A stretch of DNA of 63,558 nt, counting the filler, from Folioceros fuciformis (lineage: Eukaryota), in NCBI GenBank assembly GCA_049999805.1. It is 18 parts of 18 records of this genome, joined end to end, with 100 filler letters (N's around TTAATTAATTAA, not from the genome) between each part and the next. Parts side by side here need not be neighbours in the genome. Positions count along the whole stretch, not along the records: positions 59,478 to 62,257 come from JBNGIO010006755.1; positions 62,358 to 63,558 come from JBNGIO010006759.1; 16 more parts are not named here. One strand, written 5' to 3'. The notes beneath the pieces are model-generated. The model saw only the letters and a list, made by a program, of their open reading frames with translations, did not search any database and was not told the DNA's origin. The first letter of the stretch is position 1. Each line of letters starts with the position of its first letter. This document shows, piece by piece, positions 61,297 to 63,558 of the stretch. Both the position numbers and the translations under genes were made by a program.

Positions 61297-62257
61297 TGTG
61301 GAGCGATTCTTGCAACCAAGAACCACCAAAAGGCCACATTGTACCTTATTGTCGTTGTGGTCCTAAGATCCGCTCTCAAGGGAGTAAACTAGTGTCAAGG
61401 CAGTCTACTAGTCTTCTCTAATGCACTAACCTGCAAACTAACCTCTGCAGCTGAAAAGAGACTCCAGTACCCACCCGGCCTCCAACTCTCAGCCCCAAGT
61501 CCCAGCCACCTCAGTAGCTGAAGGAGAACCTCAACTTCAACTCCAGCTCCTCACATCAACTTCAGCACTCCAGCTCCTCACTTCAACACTTCAGTCCCTC
61601 CAACTTCAACTCCCAAAATCTGCAGCTCAACCCTTCACTCCTGGAATTTGGGACATAGCAGCCTCCCCTCTCATAGCCTTGAAGGCGGAGGTGTGAGGAC
61701 CAGGGCTGGATGGCCGCCTTGGCTCACAACCCTGCAACCTCACCTCAGCCAGCATGCAAAAAGGTCAGCCACTGCGGATCCGGCCACACGGATATCGGTA
61801 GTCTAAGGATCCACCACGTCCCCCTAGTGGTAAGGGGATCAAGCCCTTGGTTCAATCTCACATAGGGTCAGCACTCTAATCCGATAGCCTGCACACAAGA
61901 TGAAGGGGAATCACACCATAAGACTACCCCCTCCTCAATGAGAGGCATGGCCTCTTATACTACCTTGGCCCAGGATCCCCCATCTATTACTAATAGGGTT
62001 AGCCTCAGTCAACCGCCAGCAGTCTCTGTCCCCAACTTAAAATCTAACCCTAATTCTGACCTAAGCCACCCCGAAGTCTGACCTAAACCCAACCCTAACT
62101 CTGACCTAAGCTGAGCCTAACTCTAACCTAATCCTAACCCTAAGTCCAACCTAAAGGGATTGACTGCTACCCCTTGGACACTGCTGGTTGCCCCTACCCC
62201 TACCAACAATCAATGCCTCTCAAAATTGCCCTCAACTCCCTTAGACCTCCCCTTTTG
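61297..62257 (-). mobile_element. LTR related to the one at 10673, with no adjacent PBS (3' or solo LTR)
   Basis: 61297-61400 aligns by eye with 10673-10778 (TGTGGAG...CAAGAACCACC...TATTGTCGTTGT...CAAGGGAGT.AACTAGTG.CAAGG). Confidence 0.8.
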
Positions 62258-63462
62258 NNNNNNNNNNNNNNNNNNNNNNNNNNNNNNNNNNNNNNNNNNN
62301 NTTAATTAATTAANNNNNNNNNNNNNNNNNNNNNNNNNNNNNNNNNNNNNNNNNNNNCCACTCCACAAACAAAAGGCCCCAATCCAGCCCGTCTCCGCCG
62401 CGTCCACACAAGGCGCAGTCACCAGCACGTCCTCCTCAACCCTCATCGTCCACCCAGCCGCTTTTCTCGAGGTGAATTGTGCGAGCGAGACGTGCAGCCG
62501 CGGCGGTGCACTGCGACGGAGACAGTTGAGACGAGAGTGTTGGTGTCCCAGGCCGGGCCTCGACGCCCGGTTCGGGCGATCATTACGCCGATAGAAACCC
62601 GTTGGATTCATATACTTCACCGTCGCTTGCCTCCCAGAAAACCATATACAGTACTGTATGTACAGTATGACAAGTGCCCTTCACTACTTGTTCCCCTCTG
62701 TTTTACGGATGGACGGATAAACGGATTTCCATGTCTTTCAGAATGAAGCATCAGTATATACCCAGAATTGTTATGAACTCCAATTGAGAAGAGCTTCACG
62801 TCCCACCTCAGTCAGCTCTCGTTAGTTTGGGCTCGCGAGTTTGGGATGCTGTGAATTAATGGTGTTAGAGTGCTTGAGGTTTTTTTTTGGCGGAGAAAAG
62901 AATTTTGATTAGGATAATTAAGCACGGTTTTCGAGATCACAACCAAGATTGGAACCCAGCCTACGTTACTCCATCTTAAGCAGATTCCTACAAAAGGGGG
63001 AGAGCATTTTTCACTCTCATTACTGTATCTAGCTTAACCAAGGCTATTTTCCACCTCTAAGGTCACTTTTCACCTTCATTATTGTACCTATCTCAATTAG
63101 GGGCACATGTGTCTTGCTGGACTACCTCCCCCGAGTCCACACATTATTTTATTGAACAATTTCTTAGACACAAGAAAGAAAATCAGCTAACCTCCAATTC
63201 TTTTTCTTGAACTTGTGTGGTGCAAGCACTCCTAGCCTTATGTTGCAATCAACACATGCTCCCACAGAGACCTTAGATGACATATGTTCTATCCCTTCAT
63301 GTACTATTACTGTTTAGTTGAGCTAAAGGCAAAACTCCTCAGCAAGGCTCATAATTGATTTTGACAAAAATCTTATCCTAGATTTCAGCTTGTTGGGGAG
63401 GTGGTTTATTTGAAACTTTGTCCAAGTTGAAGAAGGTAGTTTGCTTTGTAATGGGAAAAGAT

Positions 63463-63558
63463 GCCAAACAAAATACAAACAACGAAGAGGTTAAAAGGAT
63501 GAAATTGAGTTGATTTATAGGTTGGAGCCAAACAAAATACAAACAACGAAGAGGTTAA
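63463..63558. repeat. 32-bp direct repeat GCCAAACAAAATACAAACAACGAAGAGGTTAA, period 64
   Basis: Exact copies at 63463-63494 and 63527-63558 (window end). Confidence 0.8.

Overview
Nuclear DNA of a gene-dense land plant with short (~100 nt) introns. An intact DIP13/SSNA1 basal-body gene suggests a lineage with flagellated sperm, such as a bryophyte or lycophyte; this is an inference. The window is 18 contigs joined by 17 identical artificial 100-nt spacers (N44-TTAATTAATTAA-N44), so adjacency across gaps is not guaranteed. Genes read by manual exon assembly: a SINA E3 ligase, VPS26C/DSCR3, an orphan 14-aa-repeat protein, a MATE transporter, MPDU1 (with two U12-type introns), dyskerin/CBF5, DIP13/SSNA1 (missing from the ORF track), a BTB/POZ protein, an RS2Z splicing factor, an orphan RING-H2 ORF, a HECT E3 ligase, a C2H2 zinc-finger protein, a multi-pass membrane protein with a Pro/Asp-rich repeat insert, and several conserved hypothetical proteins. 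These are interspersed with Ty3/gypsy (Athila-like) and other LTR fragments and tandem repeats. The most unusual item is a compact (~535 aa, 14-exon) HECT ligase with a predicted N-terminal transmembrane anchor and a UIM, an architecture unlike the known plant UPL ligases. All family assignments come from motif recognition by eye; no database search was run.
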